Positions 1 through 13,046 of a DNA stretch of 64,000 nucleotides are shown here, one piece after another. Within the stretch, counting starts at the first letter, position 1. Every line of letters begins with the position of its first letter. The notes beneath the pieces are model-generated. The model ran no database searches and was not told where the DNA came from. It was given only the letters and a program-made list of their open reading frames with translations. This stretch comes from Bigelowiella natans CCMP2755 (taxonomy: Eukaryota > Protista > Cercozoa). Where the stretch lies: the NCBI GenBank assembly GCA_000320545.1, contig ADNK01002094.1, positions 1 to 64,000 on the forward strand, in the 5' to 3' direction. Both the position numbers and the translations under genes were made by a program.

Positions 1-1193
1 AAATACTTGGGGGGGTAGAGATTGTACGATGTGTTTAAAAACAAGTTAAAAACAAGCTCAACAAGCCATATTGGGTCTCTGTTTGTTATTATTGTTTTTG
101 TTGTTGTTGTTGTTTGCTGACGATGTTGCTGTAGCTGCTCTTTGTTGATAGATTACCTGCTCCATTGTTGCGCGATCCTCACGCCCTTTGAGTCTCACTG
201 ATTCTTTCAAAAGTCTCTTATCTAGGTAGAGTAGTAGTAGTAGTAGTAGAAGTAGAAGTAGTTGCAGTATCCACAACAACCAAAAAAAAAGATAGCAGCA
301 GGAGGAGGAGGAGAATATATCAAGCAAAAGCGGTGTTGTTATGCAGGTAGGTAGGTGAAGAGAGTGGATATCGATATCTCGAGTGTGTGTGTATTTGCGT
401 GCGAGTAACTTTCAAACGCCTCAAAACTACTTTCGTCTCAAACATTTAATCCTCTCTACCATGCATCTTTATCTCATTTGAGACGGCTTTTGACATTCCA
501 ACATACTTTGAACCCTTTTAGTAGTGAGAGTGGGAAGGGGGGGGGGAGGGGGATAGAAAGTTTTGGAGGACCAATAGGTAGGAGAGTGTTAGTGTTTTCT
601 GGTCTTAAGATGTAGAAGATGCATACCTTGCTCGATTCAATCCGTATTTTCCCAGAATGGAGCTGGGTTCATTTTTTCCGATTTTGTCCGCACAGCATCA
701 ACCCTGCCAAACTGCGAATTTAGCGACCTTGCCCCACCAGCAGACACCATCTTAGTCAATCCCCTAGCATTCAGCTGCTGCCCCTTGCTTGAACCATCAA
801 AATAATCCATGTACCTAAGAATGACTCAAAACTTAAATCCAAAACACTCCTGGTAGTTGATGCTCTTAGAATTGTGCTGGCTAGCGTGCTTTTAAAGTCT
901 TTATCATCATTGCACTTAATATGGCCATCCAACGGCAACCACAAGAAACTTGAATACAAGTTATACTTCTTTTTCTAATTGGATTTTAATCTCTCTATCT
1001 CCCTCTATCTCCTCCCCCCTTTCTCTTTCTCTTACATGTCTTCTTCTTCGTAGTCTTCTTCATAATCTTCCTCTTCTTCGTCTGCAACAAGATATGCCTT
1101 CTCCTCGTCATTGAGTCGGCGTTCAATTTTTTTGGAATCTGGCCCTGATCTTATGCTAGGAGTTCTTGGAATCATACCTGTGGGAGAGTTCAT
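1..1193 (-). CDS. RIOK1: RIO1-like atypical Ser/Thr kinase, 5' exons only (gene runs off the left edge)
   Basis: Acidic first exon (…ADEEEEDYEEDYEEED|gtaag). Later exons splice to SKAVSNEIKMH-DKRLLKESVRLKGREDRATMEQ|gt (exon 157-221), which resembles the RIO1 'R.KDK.DRATVEQV' motif preceding the kinase domain. The kinase domain itself is not in the window. Confidence 0.6.
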
Positions 1194-3315
1194 CGAAGGT
1201 AATTATGCACGTAATACATTCGAATTCTTGAGCAAGAAATTTCTCAGAATTCAAATTTACTGAATCGTCAGTCGAAGAATCCGTCGGGTAGTTGATTAAT
1301 GTTTACATTTTTGGGGTCACCGATAATGATGTTCCTCTAATACGTTTAGTATTCGATGATGCTTCTCACCCGAACGCTCCGCCATTACAGAGACAGGTTT
1401 ACGGTTTGGTAACACAAATGCAATTGCCATAAATAGATTGTCGTATGCAAAAATTCCAGTGCAATCTCATATGAACGACAAAACAACATCTGTTAAATTA
1501 TTATTGCTATTCTCCGCTCATAACGCCGATAGCAAGCAAAATATTGACATAATTTTGCTCTCTACTCGTACGACATCACATTCTCAACAAATCTACAAGT
1601 TAGATGTAAATACCTAATTTTATTTTAGCGCCCATTTGCAATCAAAGACATGCGAAACTCTGTCATAATTCGACCCTGCAATTTTTTGAGGACGAAGAGA
1701 AAGGGATTTTCCTATTATTATCTCCTGGAAAATAAAATTCTGCTTTTGAAAATATGCAGGGTGAAAATATGTTTTTGAAGAGTTTTAAATCATTTTTCTG
1801 TAAAATGCGCGTTCGGAACCGGAGTCAACGGCGAAATTTGCGGAATTGTCTTAAATCTCCAGGCTACGTCTCTCATGGTACGAAGTGGCTCTTTGAGAGT
1901 TACACTCTCTCGTTTCACATTTGCAAAGAGAGATCGGAGAGGTTGTGGTTTGAGAAAATTCTCAATTTTGTTGTCGTTGGATAAAATATGAATATTTTAT
2001 CCACATTTTTACAAATGGCCGGTTTAAAATCGGTTTTTATGAAATTGTGGTCCAGATGTAGCAAGTGGCAACTGCAATTTATTCAGACTTTCTTCTTCTC
2101 GCACAAGATGCAAGAAATAATGAAAATGATGGGGAAAAGGGCGATAGGAATTGGAAAAGGGGAATGAATGTGCAAGTTTATCAGTGCAAACTGCAGCAGG
2201 GTAACACGAATTGTGCACTAACCGAAAAAGTAGGAATATTTCCTGTCCACAGCTTTTCGTGATGCTGTGAAACAGGTAACATTAAATGGTATTCCCCGAT
2301 GTTTAAAGATTTCCGGCTTTCAACCTTTTTTTACTTAATCATCGTGCATTTTCCCAGAGAGATAATGCCGATGTTAAGATATTTTATTCGATTATTGGCA
2401 AGATATTAATTTGAATTACCTGACAATAATGTAATAATTATTCATGAATATTCTCCTACACCAAAATATCACGGTTAAACACGTGCCAGAAATGGTTTTC
2501 TATGCTTCTTGCTTCTTTAGAAATTGGGCTCTCGTCAAAACCCCCCTTTTCTGGTCTTAAATAGCTGTACACCACTCCTTGTTCCATCACAGGGCTTTCT
2601 CCATCAACTTTTATCTCATTGTAATAGGGATTTCAGATCAGTGATGTGGCAATTTCGATCATGCCTTATCAAAGGCTCATGTGCTTTTATCAATGTTATC
2701 ATAAAATATTGTGAAAATTGGAACTTTTTTCTCCTTACCACTTGCTTAAAGTTTATATGAGGTAAAAAAATATAAGCGACAAATACTTAAAAGGTTTCAT
2801 CGTACCTATAGCAGTACCAACGTGAAGACATAAATTTAATTTTAAAGGCCAGTTTCTGCTTACCAATTTTGAGTCTGAAATTTAATATGAAGACACAGAT
2901 GTTTTAATTTTATATTTACGAAGCTAAAATGAAGTACATTTCATTATTTTTGGGTAAACAAAGGCTGCATAAAGAATAATTTAAAATCATTTTGCCCATA
3001 CTATAATCAAAAGTAAATCTGAAAGCATTTCTCTTGTTACTTGCTTATTCGGGCCAATAAAAGTGAGACTCCCCGCGGTACAAATTAGCTGGTTAAGGCC
3101 CCCCCCCCCTTTCTTTTGTTTTCGTTTTAAAATTGTCTTCGTGTATTGAAGAAAACGAAATTTCATAGACGGGGAATATTATGCTGTTGCTGGGGGGTAT
3201 GATCAGTGTGATAGGAATCAGATAACTAGATGGTTAAGGGTATGCCAGCCCCCTCGGAGGGGTTCACAGTGAGCTGACAGTTTACAAATCCTTTGTTGTC
3301 ACAGACTCGTTGAGG

Positions 3316-6300
3316 ATGCATCGGTTCGTATCGAGACCTCGCGCGGCTCGTTCGCTTGCATCTCATGGCATGCGACGGCAGCAGGCGACAATCACCTCCA
3401 TTGGTGGCGGCGCCCGGAGACAACTTCGATCTCGAGATGAGCTCAAGCGAGCAGTTTCCACGCAAGCAACTCCCCCTTTCCATCCTGAAATAGTAAACAA
3501 GGAAGAGAAAGTTGATCTCCAACAAAAGGCGGTGGAGATGGGAAGTCTCTACGATCCTGCCAACGAGAGAGACGCATGCGGGGTAGGGTTTGTAGCGAAC
3601 ATCAAGTGCAAAGCATCACACCTGCTGGTCAGGGACGCGTTAGAGATGCTTGAAAGAATGGAGCATAGAGGCGCATGTGGCTGTGACCCTGATTCAGGCG
3701 ATGGTGCGGGAATCCTCGTGTAAGTTCCCCCACATCTGACGTGTTCATTTTGTGTATGTCGCAACTGTATCGAAGGGTTAAACAATGCTCGCTTGTTGGC
3801 GTTTTGGGCGTCGTTGAAGATAGGATTTAGCAGTAATTGTAAAAAGGGTAAACTTAATAAACTGCTTCCAAATTCATTTTTTTGTTCCTCTCTAATCTTT
3901 AGCGGAGTACCGCACAACTTCTTCAAATCCGAACTTGAAAGCAAGGGGATTAAACTCCCAGAGCAAGGTAAATACGGTGTTGGTACGGTGTTCCTCTCGA
4001 AGAACCAGGAGAAACGGGCAAAGGCCAAATCTATGGTTGAAGCTGCTATCAAGCAAGCAGGTCACACTTGCATTGGATGGCGCACAGTCCCTACCAACAG
4101 CCGCGTTCTTGGAGAGACATCCGGAACCTCGGAGCCTTACATTGAGCAAGTGTTTGTTGGAAACAATAAACCTGGACTCAGTCAGGTGTGTGCCTACTGA
4201 TGATCAAGATGTCAACCAGACCCATATGTCAAGACAATTACGATGATGTCCCAATTGTGATACATTTGATGAACACAATCATGATTCATTACGTACAACA
4301 CTACGCGTAACACGCACAGGAAGGGATAAATATTGATAATAATTTATGCTGTGCTCGATGTTGTTAAGACTACTGCCCTCAGTTTTTGCCCTCCCTCCTC
4401 TTTTCAGGATAACTTTGAGCGTGTGTTATATAAAATTCGCCGGTGGGCCCACCGCACACACGGTGCTAAAACTTCTAGTAAGACGCATCGATTATACGTT
4501 TGCGGCCTCTCCACTCGTGTCGTTACGTACAAAGGCCAGTTGTCCTCTACCCAAGTTGCTCGCTACTTCCGGGATCTGAGCGAACCTGAGTTCGAGTCAC
4601 ATCTTGCTCTTGTACACTCACGTTTCTCCACCAACACATTCCCTAGTTGGGAACGTGCTCAGCCCTTTAGGTATGTGTGTAGGTAGTAGATCTGCTATGC
4701 CCCTCTCTCTTCCACTCGATTTCCATCAATGATAAGAGTGTCCCACCATCTAGTATAAACTGTAATGCTGCTTACATGTGCATTGTGAATAACACATGCT
4801 AATATAACTCAACGGATTTAACTTCCCTCTACTCCTCTCCGTTCTCGGTACCTTCTTTCATCACATCCCTCTCTCATAGAATGCTCGCACACAACGGGGA
4901 GATTAACACACGACGTGGAAATGTGAACTGGATGCAGTCGCGACAAGGTTTGATGAAAAGCTCTACCATCGGAACCCAGGAGGAATTGGAATCTCTATAC
5001 CCTATCATGAATGAAGATACTTCTGACTCTGGGCAGCTTGACAATCTTCTCGAGCTCCTGACCCTAGCTGGACGCCCCATCACTGAGGCTATGATGATGA
5101 TGATTCCCGAGGCATGGCAGAATGATGTCTCCATCTCTCCGGAGAAGAAAGCTTTCTACGAGTACAACTCGTGCCTGATGGAGCCTTGGGATGGGCCTGC
5201 ATTGATGGCGTTCACTGATGGAAAGTGCATCGGTGCGACACTCGACCGTAACGGACTGCGCCCTGGTCGTTTCTACATCACCAAGGATGACCGTGTGGTC
5301 CTCGGCTCCGAAGTCGGTGTACTTGACATCTCGCCTAAGGATGTGCTTGCTAAGGGCCGTCTGCAACCAGGGAAGATGTTCCTCATTGACTTTGAAAAGC
5401 AGCAGATCATCGAAGACGATAAAATTAAAAACGAGATGGCCACTGCCCACCCATACGCTGAATGGCTTCGTGAGAATAAAATCACGCTTGGAACTAAGGC
5501 CAGTATCCCTAACCAGTCACGTCATAGCCGTGCGCCTATATACGATCTGATGCAGCGTCTGCGATGCTTCGGTTACACCCGAGAAACACTGGAGATGCTC
5601 GTGGGTCCTATGGCCATCCAAGGCGCAGAGGCACTTGGTTCTATGGGTAACGATGCTGCACTTGCGTGCTTATCGACTACACCACGGTCCATCTTCGACT
5701 ACTTCCACCAACTCTTCGCTCAGGTCACGAATCCTCCGATCGATCCTATTCGAGAGAGTATCGTTATGACACTCGCCTGCCCCGTTGGACCTGAAGGCAA
5801 TCTCCTAGACAGATCCCCAGGACATGCAAATCGTGTATTCCTCGAGCAACCTCTACTTACCACTGAGGAATTCTTCAACCTTACTCATCTCAAACAGCCT
5901 GGATGGAAGAGTCATGAACTCGACGCTACCTTTTCCGTCACGGAAGGCGCTCGTGGACTCGAAGCATCCATTAATCGCATGTGCGAGGCAGCGGAGACTG
6001 CAGTTCGTGAGGGAACAAAGGTCCTTGTCATCTCTGACAGGAGAACCGGAACAGAACACATCCCTGTGCCTTCGGTTATGGCTGCCGGGGCTATTCATCA
6101 GTATCTGGTCAAGAAGATGCTCAGGTCCCAGTGTGCAATCGCAGTGGAGTGTGGTGATGCTCGAGAGGTTCACCACTTCTGTCTGCTCACTGGCTTTGGA
6201 GCAGACGCTATCTGCCCCTACATGGCCTTCGAGACCGTACAGCACCTGATTAAGAAGCAAACCAAGAAGGCTCTCACGGTCGACCAAGCCATTGAGTCCT

Positions 6301-6322
6301 ACCGTAAATCTGTCAATGCAGG

Positions 6323-6361
<39 letters not shown>

Positions 6362-9300
6362 TAGTTGTAGTAGGAGTAATAGTGGGTACTAATTTGATGA
6401 TAATGATGATGATAGGAATAATGTCTCAATAACCCTAATGTCTCAATATGATGATGTTCCTAACAACAACCCAGGAATGCTCAAGGTGTTCGCAAAGATG
6501 GGTATCTCCACCCTCGCCTCATATAAAGGCGCTCAGATCTTCGAAGCTCTCGGAGTGGGTCGCAATGTCATTGAGAAGTGTTTCACAGGATGTGCCAGCC
6601 GCATCGGAGGCGTTGACTTTGAAGATGTTGCTAACGACCTTATCAAGATGCATTCGAGTGCATTCCCACGGAACTCAAGCGTAGAGGCCAAGAGGTATGA
6701 TGATGATGATGTTGATGATGATGATGATGAGGACAACCACCTGCAACTCTTCGTCATTAGAACTTTGCTTATACTTCTGTTACTCCTATGTGCTTCTTCG
6801 TCTTCTCCTTCTTCTTCTTCTTCTTCTTCTTCTTCTTCCTCCTTCTCCTCTACAAACAGCCTCCTCAACCCCGGTTTCTATCACTGGCGCGCAGGCAATG
6901 ACGCTGAAGTCCACATGAATCATCCCGATGCGATGGCCTCAATGCAGCATGCGGTGCGTGGTAACAGCCATGAAGCCTACCAGAAGTACGCAGATATGTC
7001 CAATAATCTCGCCAAGCAGTGCACGTTACGTGGGCAGCTTGAGTTAAAAACCGACTTTGACTATGAGGATGAACTGGTAGATCGTGAAGAGATCCCATTA
7101 GATCTCGTAGAACCTGCCAAGGAAATCGTAAAGAGATTTGCAACGGGTGCTATGAGCTACGGATCCATCTCTCTCGAGTCTCACTCCACACTCGCTGAGG
7201 CCATGAATAAGCTGCAGGGCAAGAGCAACACCGGTGAAGGAGGTGAGGACGTAAACCGTTTTGGCACCAACAAGAACTCGGCGATCAAGCAAGTTGCCTC
7301 AGGTCGGTTCGGGGTTACCATCAACTACCTCACCAACTCGAATGAGATCCAAATCAAGATGGCGCAAGGTGCTAAACCTGGAGAGGGGGGAGAGCTACCT
7401 GGTTACAAGGTCGATGATGAGATTGCGCGTGTAAGGCACTCAACCCCTGGCGTTGGCCTTATCTCACCCCCTCCACACCACGATATCTACTCAATCGAAG
7501 ACCTTGCTCAGCTGATCTATGACTTGAAGAACTCCAACCCGGGTGCACGTATTTCCGTCAAGCTAGTTTCCGAAGTCGGTGTTGGCGTCATTGCTGCAGG
7601 AGTGACAAAAGGTAAAGCTGATCATATCCTGATTTCGGGTTACGATGGTGGAACTGGTGCCTCCAAATGGACCGGCATCAAGTCCGCAGGGCTGCCATGG
7701 GAACTTGGACTCGCTGAGACGCACCAAACGCTCGTGCTAAACGGTCTACGTGACCGCGTCGTCGTACAGACGGATGGTCAATTGAAGACAGGCCTCGATG
7801 TTGTTAAGGGCGCCATGCTTGGTGCAGAGGAGTTCTGCTTTGCTACGGCACCTCTTATTGCTATGGGGTGCATCATGATGCGAAAGTGCCACTTGAACAC
7901 ATGCCCGGTCGGTATTGCTACGCAGGACCCTCACCTTCGCTCCATGTTTGCAGGAACTCCAGAGCATGTAGTCAACTTCTTCTTTATGGTTGCAGAGGAG
8001 GCTAGACAGATCATGGCCAAGCTCGGTGTACGTAAGATCAATGACCTTATTGGTCGCGTTGATTTGCTCAAGCAGTCTGAGTTCTCTCTGCACAAAGGTC
8101 TTGATCTAAGGCCTCTTCTCGTTCCGGCTCACCATCTCAACCCGCAAGCTGGTACAATCTGCAGTCAGGAGCAGGATCATGCTCTTGAGGACGTCCTTGA
8201 CCGTGATCTCATCAGTGCTTGCCAGCCAGCCCTTCGTGACCTCAAGCCGTGGCGTCAGTTCTTCAAGATAAAGAACACTGATCGCTCAGTAGGTGCAATG
8301 CTCTCTCATGAGGTATCGAAGCTCTATGGGGAAGATGGCCTCCCTGAGGACACGATCAATATCAACTTCCTAGGCCATGCAGGCCAGTCTTTCGGCGCCT
8401 TCCTTGCTCACGGTGTCGTTCTTAACCTTGAAGGCGATAGCAATGACTACGTGGGCAAAGGTCTCTCAGGAGGTATTATCTCTGTACGACCACCACGCGA
8501 CAGCAGCTTCCAGTCTCATGAGAACATCATTGTTGGAAATGTTTGCCTCTACGGTGCCGTCCGTGGATATGCGTACTTAAGTGGTATTGCAGCTGAACGA
8601 TTTTGCGTGAGAAACTCCGGAGCTCATGCTGTGATCGAGGGTGTAGGAGACCACGGATGTGAATACATGACCGGTGGATCTTGCATTATCCTTGGGGACG
8701 TTGGTCGCAACTTTGCCGCAGGAATGAGTGGTGGAATCGCTTACATCTATGACGCCAAGAAGCTTGCACAGAAGATGAACATGGAAATGGTGGGTCTTGA
8801 GGAGATGGAAGAAGCAGAGGACCTCGGTCATGTCAAATCGCAGCTTGAGGCGCACGTCCGTTACACCGGCTCTGGCATTGCTAAGAAGATCCTTGCCAAC
8901 TTCGATGTGGAAGTGAAGAAATTCACCAAGGTCATGCCGCATGAGTATAAGGTCGTTCTTGCTAAACGTAAGGCTGCGGCTATGAAGAAGCTAGAGGCTC
9001 TTTCCCTCAAAATCTCGGGATCAGCTGCTACTAAGAAGCAGGCAACAGCTCGTGCACCATTCCCCACACGTACTCCTCCCACAACTACTAGTACTAGTAC
9101 TGCATCGTCGTCATCATCATCATCATCACTACCCCATCGGAGCTTCCACAGCAGCACTACTACTACTACTACTGGAGCAAGACGCTACTTCTCGTCTAAG
9201 CCTACTGGTGCTAACTCCTCGAAAACCATGACAGCTGCAGCAGCAGAGAATGAGGACATGAAGGAGGGGGCATCCTCTACCAGCACCACCACCCGGCCTA

Positions 9301-10820
9301 CGTCTGTGTCAGAGCCCAACAAAGTTAAGGGATTCATGCTTTACGAAAGAAGCTCAATTCCATACCGTGATGCTAAAGAGCGCTCCAAGGACTGGCTCGA
9401 GGTTTACACCGAACCAGACGCTCAGATGCTTAACACGCAATCGTCTCGGTGTATGGAATGTGGTGTGCCTTTCTGTCACACGCAGAACTCTGGGTGTCCA
9501 TTGAGCAACAAGATCCCTGAATGGAACGACCTTGTATTTAAGAACCAGTGGGAAGAAGCTTACCATCGTCTTACTGATACTAACAACTTCCCTGAATTTA
9601 CTGGTCGTGTGTGCCCTGCACCTTGCGAGGGGGCTTGTGTCCTTGGCATCACGGAGGACCCTGTCACCATCAAGAATATTGAATGTACCATTATAGACAC
9701 TGCATTTGAGAACGGCTGGGTCAAGCCAGAAAGGCCTTCCCAGCGCACCGGAAAGCGTATTGCTGTCGTTGGTTCTGGCCCTGCTGGCCTCGCAGCCGCA
9801 GATCAACTCAACAAGGCAGGACATACTGTTACCGTATTCGAGAGAGCAGATCGTGTGGGAGGCCTTTTGATGTATGGCATTCCTAACATGAAGTTGGACA
9901 AAACGGAGGTGGTCGATAGACGTATCAAGCTCATGGAGGAATCAGGCATTGAGTTTGTCACTGGTACTTCAGTAGTAGGAGAGGCTGAATTCCAGAAGGT
10001 TGCAAACGATGAGAAGGCGGCCAAACAGGTCATTGGTGCGGAGACTATGGCTTCTGTGCATGACGCAGTGATCTTAACCACCGGTGCTACAATTCCTCGT
10101 GATCTTAGCGTTACAGGCCGAAATCTGAAGGGTATTCACTATGCAATGGACTTCTTGACTCCGAACACCAAGAGCTATCTTGACAGCAATCTCAAGGATG
10201 GGAACTACATCAGTGCGAAGGGAAAACATGTGGTAGTTATTGGGGGTGGTGATACTGGAACTGACTGTATCGGTACCTCCGTACGTCATGGGGCCCTTAG
10301 CGTCACCAATCTCGAGCTCCTCCCACTTCCACCGGATACACGCGCTGAGGATAACCCTTGGCCTCAGTGGCCTCGAATTATGCGTGTTGATTACGGGCAT
10401 GAGGAGGCAGCTGTTGCGTATGGTAAGGAGCCTCGTGAGTATTCCAAGCTCACTAAAGAGTTCATCGGTGATAAGGGTAAGATCACTGGTGTAAAAGTAG
10501 TTGACGTACATTGGGCTAAGAACGATGACGGAAAATACGAAATGCGTGAGGTGCAGGGCTCCGAGAAGGTTCTACCTTGTGACCTTTGCCTGCTATCAAT
10601 GGGCTACAAAGGACCTGCCTCGGGGCTTTACGAGATGGAGGAGGATGCACGGGGAAACTTCATGGCGCAGTGGGGTGATTTCTCCACATCTGTCGAGAAG
10701 GTTTTTGCAGCAGGCGATTGCAGACGCGGTCAGTCTACTGTCGTATGGGCCATTTCTGAGGGAAGACAGTGTGCACGTGAGGTCGACCGTTATCTCATGG
10801 GATCCACCAGTCTTCCTTAG
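3316..10820 (+). CDS. GLT1: NADH-dependent glutamate synthase (fused alpha+beta GOGAT) with N-terminal mitochondrial-type presequence; 6 exons
   Basis: Motifs ERDACGVGF (GATase Cys), [46 protein letters not shown] (3Fe-4S), GXGXG domain; beta part [36 protein letters not shown] introns read from sequence at 3720-3902, 4186-4407, 4671-4879, 6322-6474 and 6695-6859 keep the frame. Confidence 0.97.
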
Positions 10821-10931
10821 TTATGATTCAATATCTGATAAGAGTAAGTGATTTAGTCATCACCCGCCAGCCTTGTGGTGCTAGTGGTGGTGGTGCTGCT
10901 GCTCCTGCTCACATGATCTGGGATATTTATA

Positions 10932-10966
<35 letters not shown>

Positions 10967-11408
10967 CATAACACATATGAACATATTCACATCCCCCCAA
11001 TAAATAATTTACACGAGGAGAATCAGACCACGAGGAAACTTAAAATATTAAATACATAACGCAGACGTTCGATCTTAGCATCATCTTCTATGATAGTACG
11101 TGGAAGATCATCGCTGCATTTTTCTTTTCCTGCTTGTAATTATGTTCTGAGACGTACGATAGCTTTGAATCTTGAGTTGCTGCTCCGCCATCCATCACCA
11201 CAGCCTACCATTCATTCCTGGTGTCTTTGACGTAGCTTAAGCGGGACGATGGACACCATATTCAATCATCTGTCTTTTATCGTCCAAGCAGCCTGCAGCT
11301 GTCAGCATGTAAACTGAAGCAAGTGATGTACAGTTCCTGCTGTGATTTCTCTCGTTCTTAAAAAGTATAGTACCAGATGAATTCGAATCACACATGCATG
11401 CCTCAGGG

Positions 11409-11449
<41 letters not shown>

Positions 11450-11759
11450 CGCGCGCGTAAGTAAGTCTAGCGAAGTACGTAGCTTGCATGTACATGTGTG
11501 ATCGAAACCACGTTTTTTACGATACCGCAATCTAGCAATGCGGTTTCCACATGTAACAACAGTGCTAGCGAGCATGCTAGCATGCATGATGGACATGACC
11601 ATAGACAACGTACATATATCATGCATGATATGCATATATGTGCACTACATTTACTATGTCCATTCTAGCATTGTCATGCAACACAACATCTAGACATGTG
11701 CTATAATAGGCATGCACCACACATGATGTCATCATTGCTGTGCATTTAGCTAGCCATGG

Positions 11760-12380
11760 CTGTGTCCATCCATGCTAGCATGCGCTCATGCAACATGCCG
11801 AATGATGGTCTGCGCCATGCAAGCAAATGATGCAAACAAGTTCGAACACAGCTGGTGCCAACTGCTAGACCAAGCTAGCATCGACAAGTTGTGACGAAGT
11901 TGTGTCTGTTTGTTTCCTTTGTCATACGTTGCGTGCTTGAAAATGCATCGCTGCGATTTGGTCTGTTAGTGTCATGTCGTGCTTTGCGCGCAGCTGCGCG
12001 GGAACGTTTCAAAGTTTCAAATTGTTTGCAAACAATTTTCACAGGAAATGAAATGTTTGGAAACATTTTTCTTGCAAATGCTTTTTCTTGTTCGAACATT
12101 GTTTGAACAAACCAAACGCTAGTTTCGCGACAACTAGTAGGCATTGTTTGTTCAAATCAAATGCTTGCGTTCAGAAAAAACAAAAACATTTCCAAACAAA
12201 AACAATCATTTGTGCCCAGCTCCACTCAAGCGTGGTGTTTTCAAATTCATTTTTTGATCATGCGATGCGTGGTACATTGCAGTGGCCGCAATCGCACGTG
12301 CTGCACATGAAACTCGTCGAATGAGCATGCAATTGAGAGAATTTTCTGTGTGTTTTTTTGCTCTCCCAGAATGCGCTCAC
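11760..12380. other. TpA-depleted, CTAG-retaining intergenic island A
   Basis: About half of the remaining TA dinucleotides are in CTAG; rich in CATG/TGCA; lies between the convergent GLT1 and C2-protein 3' ends. Confidence 0.8.
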
Positions 12381-13046
12381 GCAATTCACCTACCTAGCTA
12401 CATGCACATAGTTGTGCAGACAGCGCACAGCAGCGCCAGCTACATGCTAGCATGCGCTACGCTAGCGACTAGCCCATCTAGCCATGCTGCAGCACATCAT
12501 AATCATTGCGGGCATTGCCACAACTAGATGAGACTGTAGGCGCGTGTGAAGTGCCGAGTCGCGCACAATTGCATGCATGCATCAATAATGTGTAGGCAGT
12601 GGCATCACAATCTAGCGATGTCTACATGTCCTTGTCGTATCGTATTCCTTCGCATTTGGCGCACACAAGAGGTGCGTGCAGATGCCCAGACACGTGTGAG
12701 CAAGCTCGCACATGCGAACCTACCAAATCTCAAAACTTAATGCAATGAAAATTAACCTGCCAGCATGTTGACCGTAAAGCAACGTGATGGCAAATAGCAT
12801 GCGATACTGCCAGCTTCTCTGCAAACTACATTACTTAGTACCGTGTACAAAACGAAACTTCCATGCTATTGTTGATTTCCAAAGATACTCCTCACAAGTA
12901 TAACAAGATAAATGCTGGATTGGAGCTATTTCTGCTTTCTCTGCCCTTCCACGATCGGTCTCTCCGTTGCAGAATGTATCTGTAGCTTTTCATTGCACAG
13001 CAGGCAGCAGTAAAAATTTGATGTTCAAAGTCCTTCTTCTTCCACT

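Noticed and set aside
58-327. Poly-Leu 'membrane' ORFs here and at 48299, 60204, 62384
   Set aside because: Translations of intronic or out-of-frame trinucleotide microsatellites, not real TM segments.
1700-2760. Possible small gene or short inverted repeat (attatctc…ggaaaa at ~1717 and ~2349) in the RIO1-GLT1 spacer
   Set aside because: Short ORFs with no recognisable motif or consistent splice model; the repeat is too short. Left unresolved.
11760-12380. Classical RIP or 5mC deamination as the cause of TG/CA richness
   Set aside because: CpG is abundant (gcgcgc runs) and TpA is the missing dinucleotide, the opposite of C->T decay.
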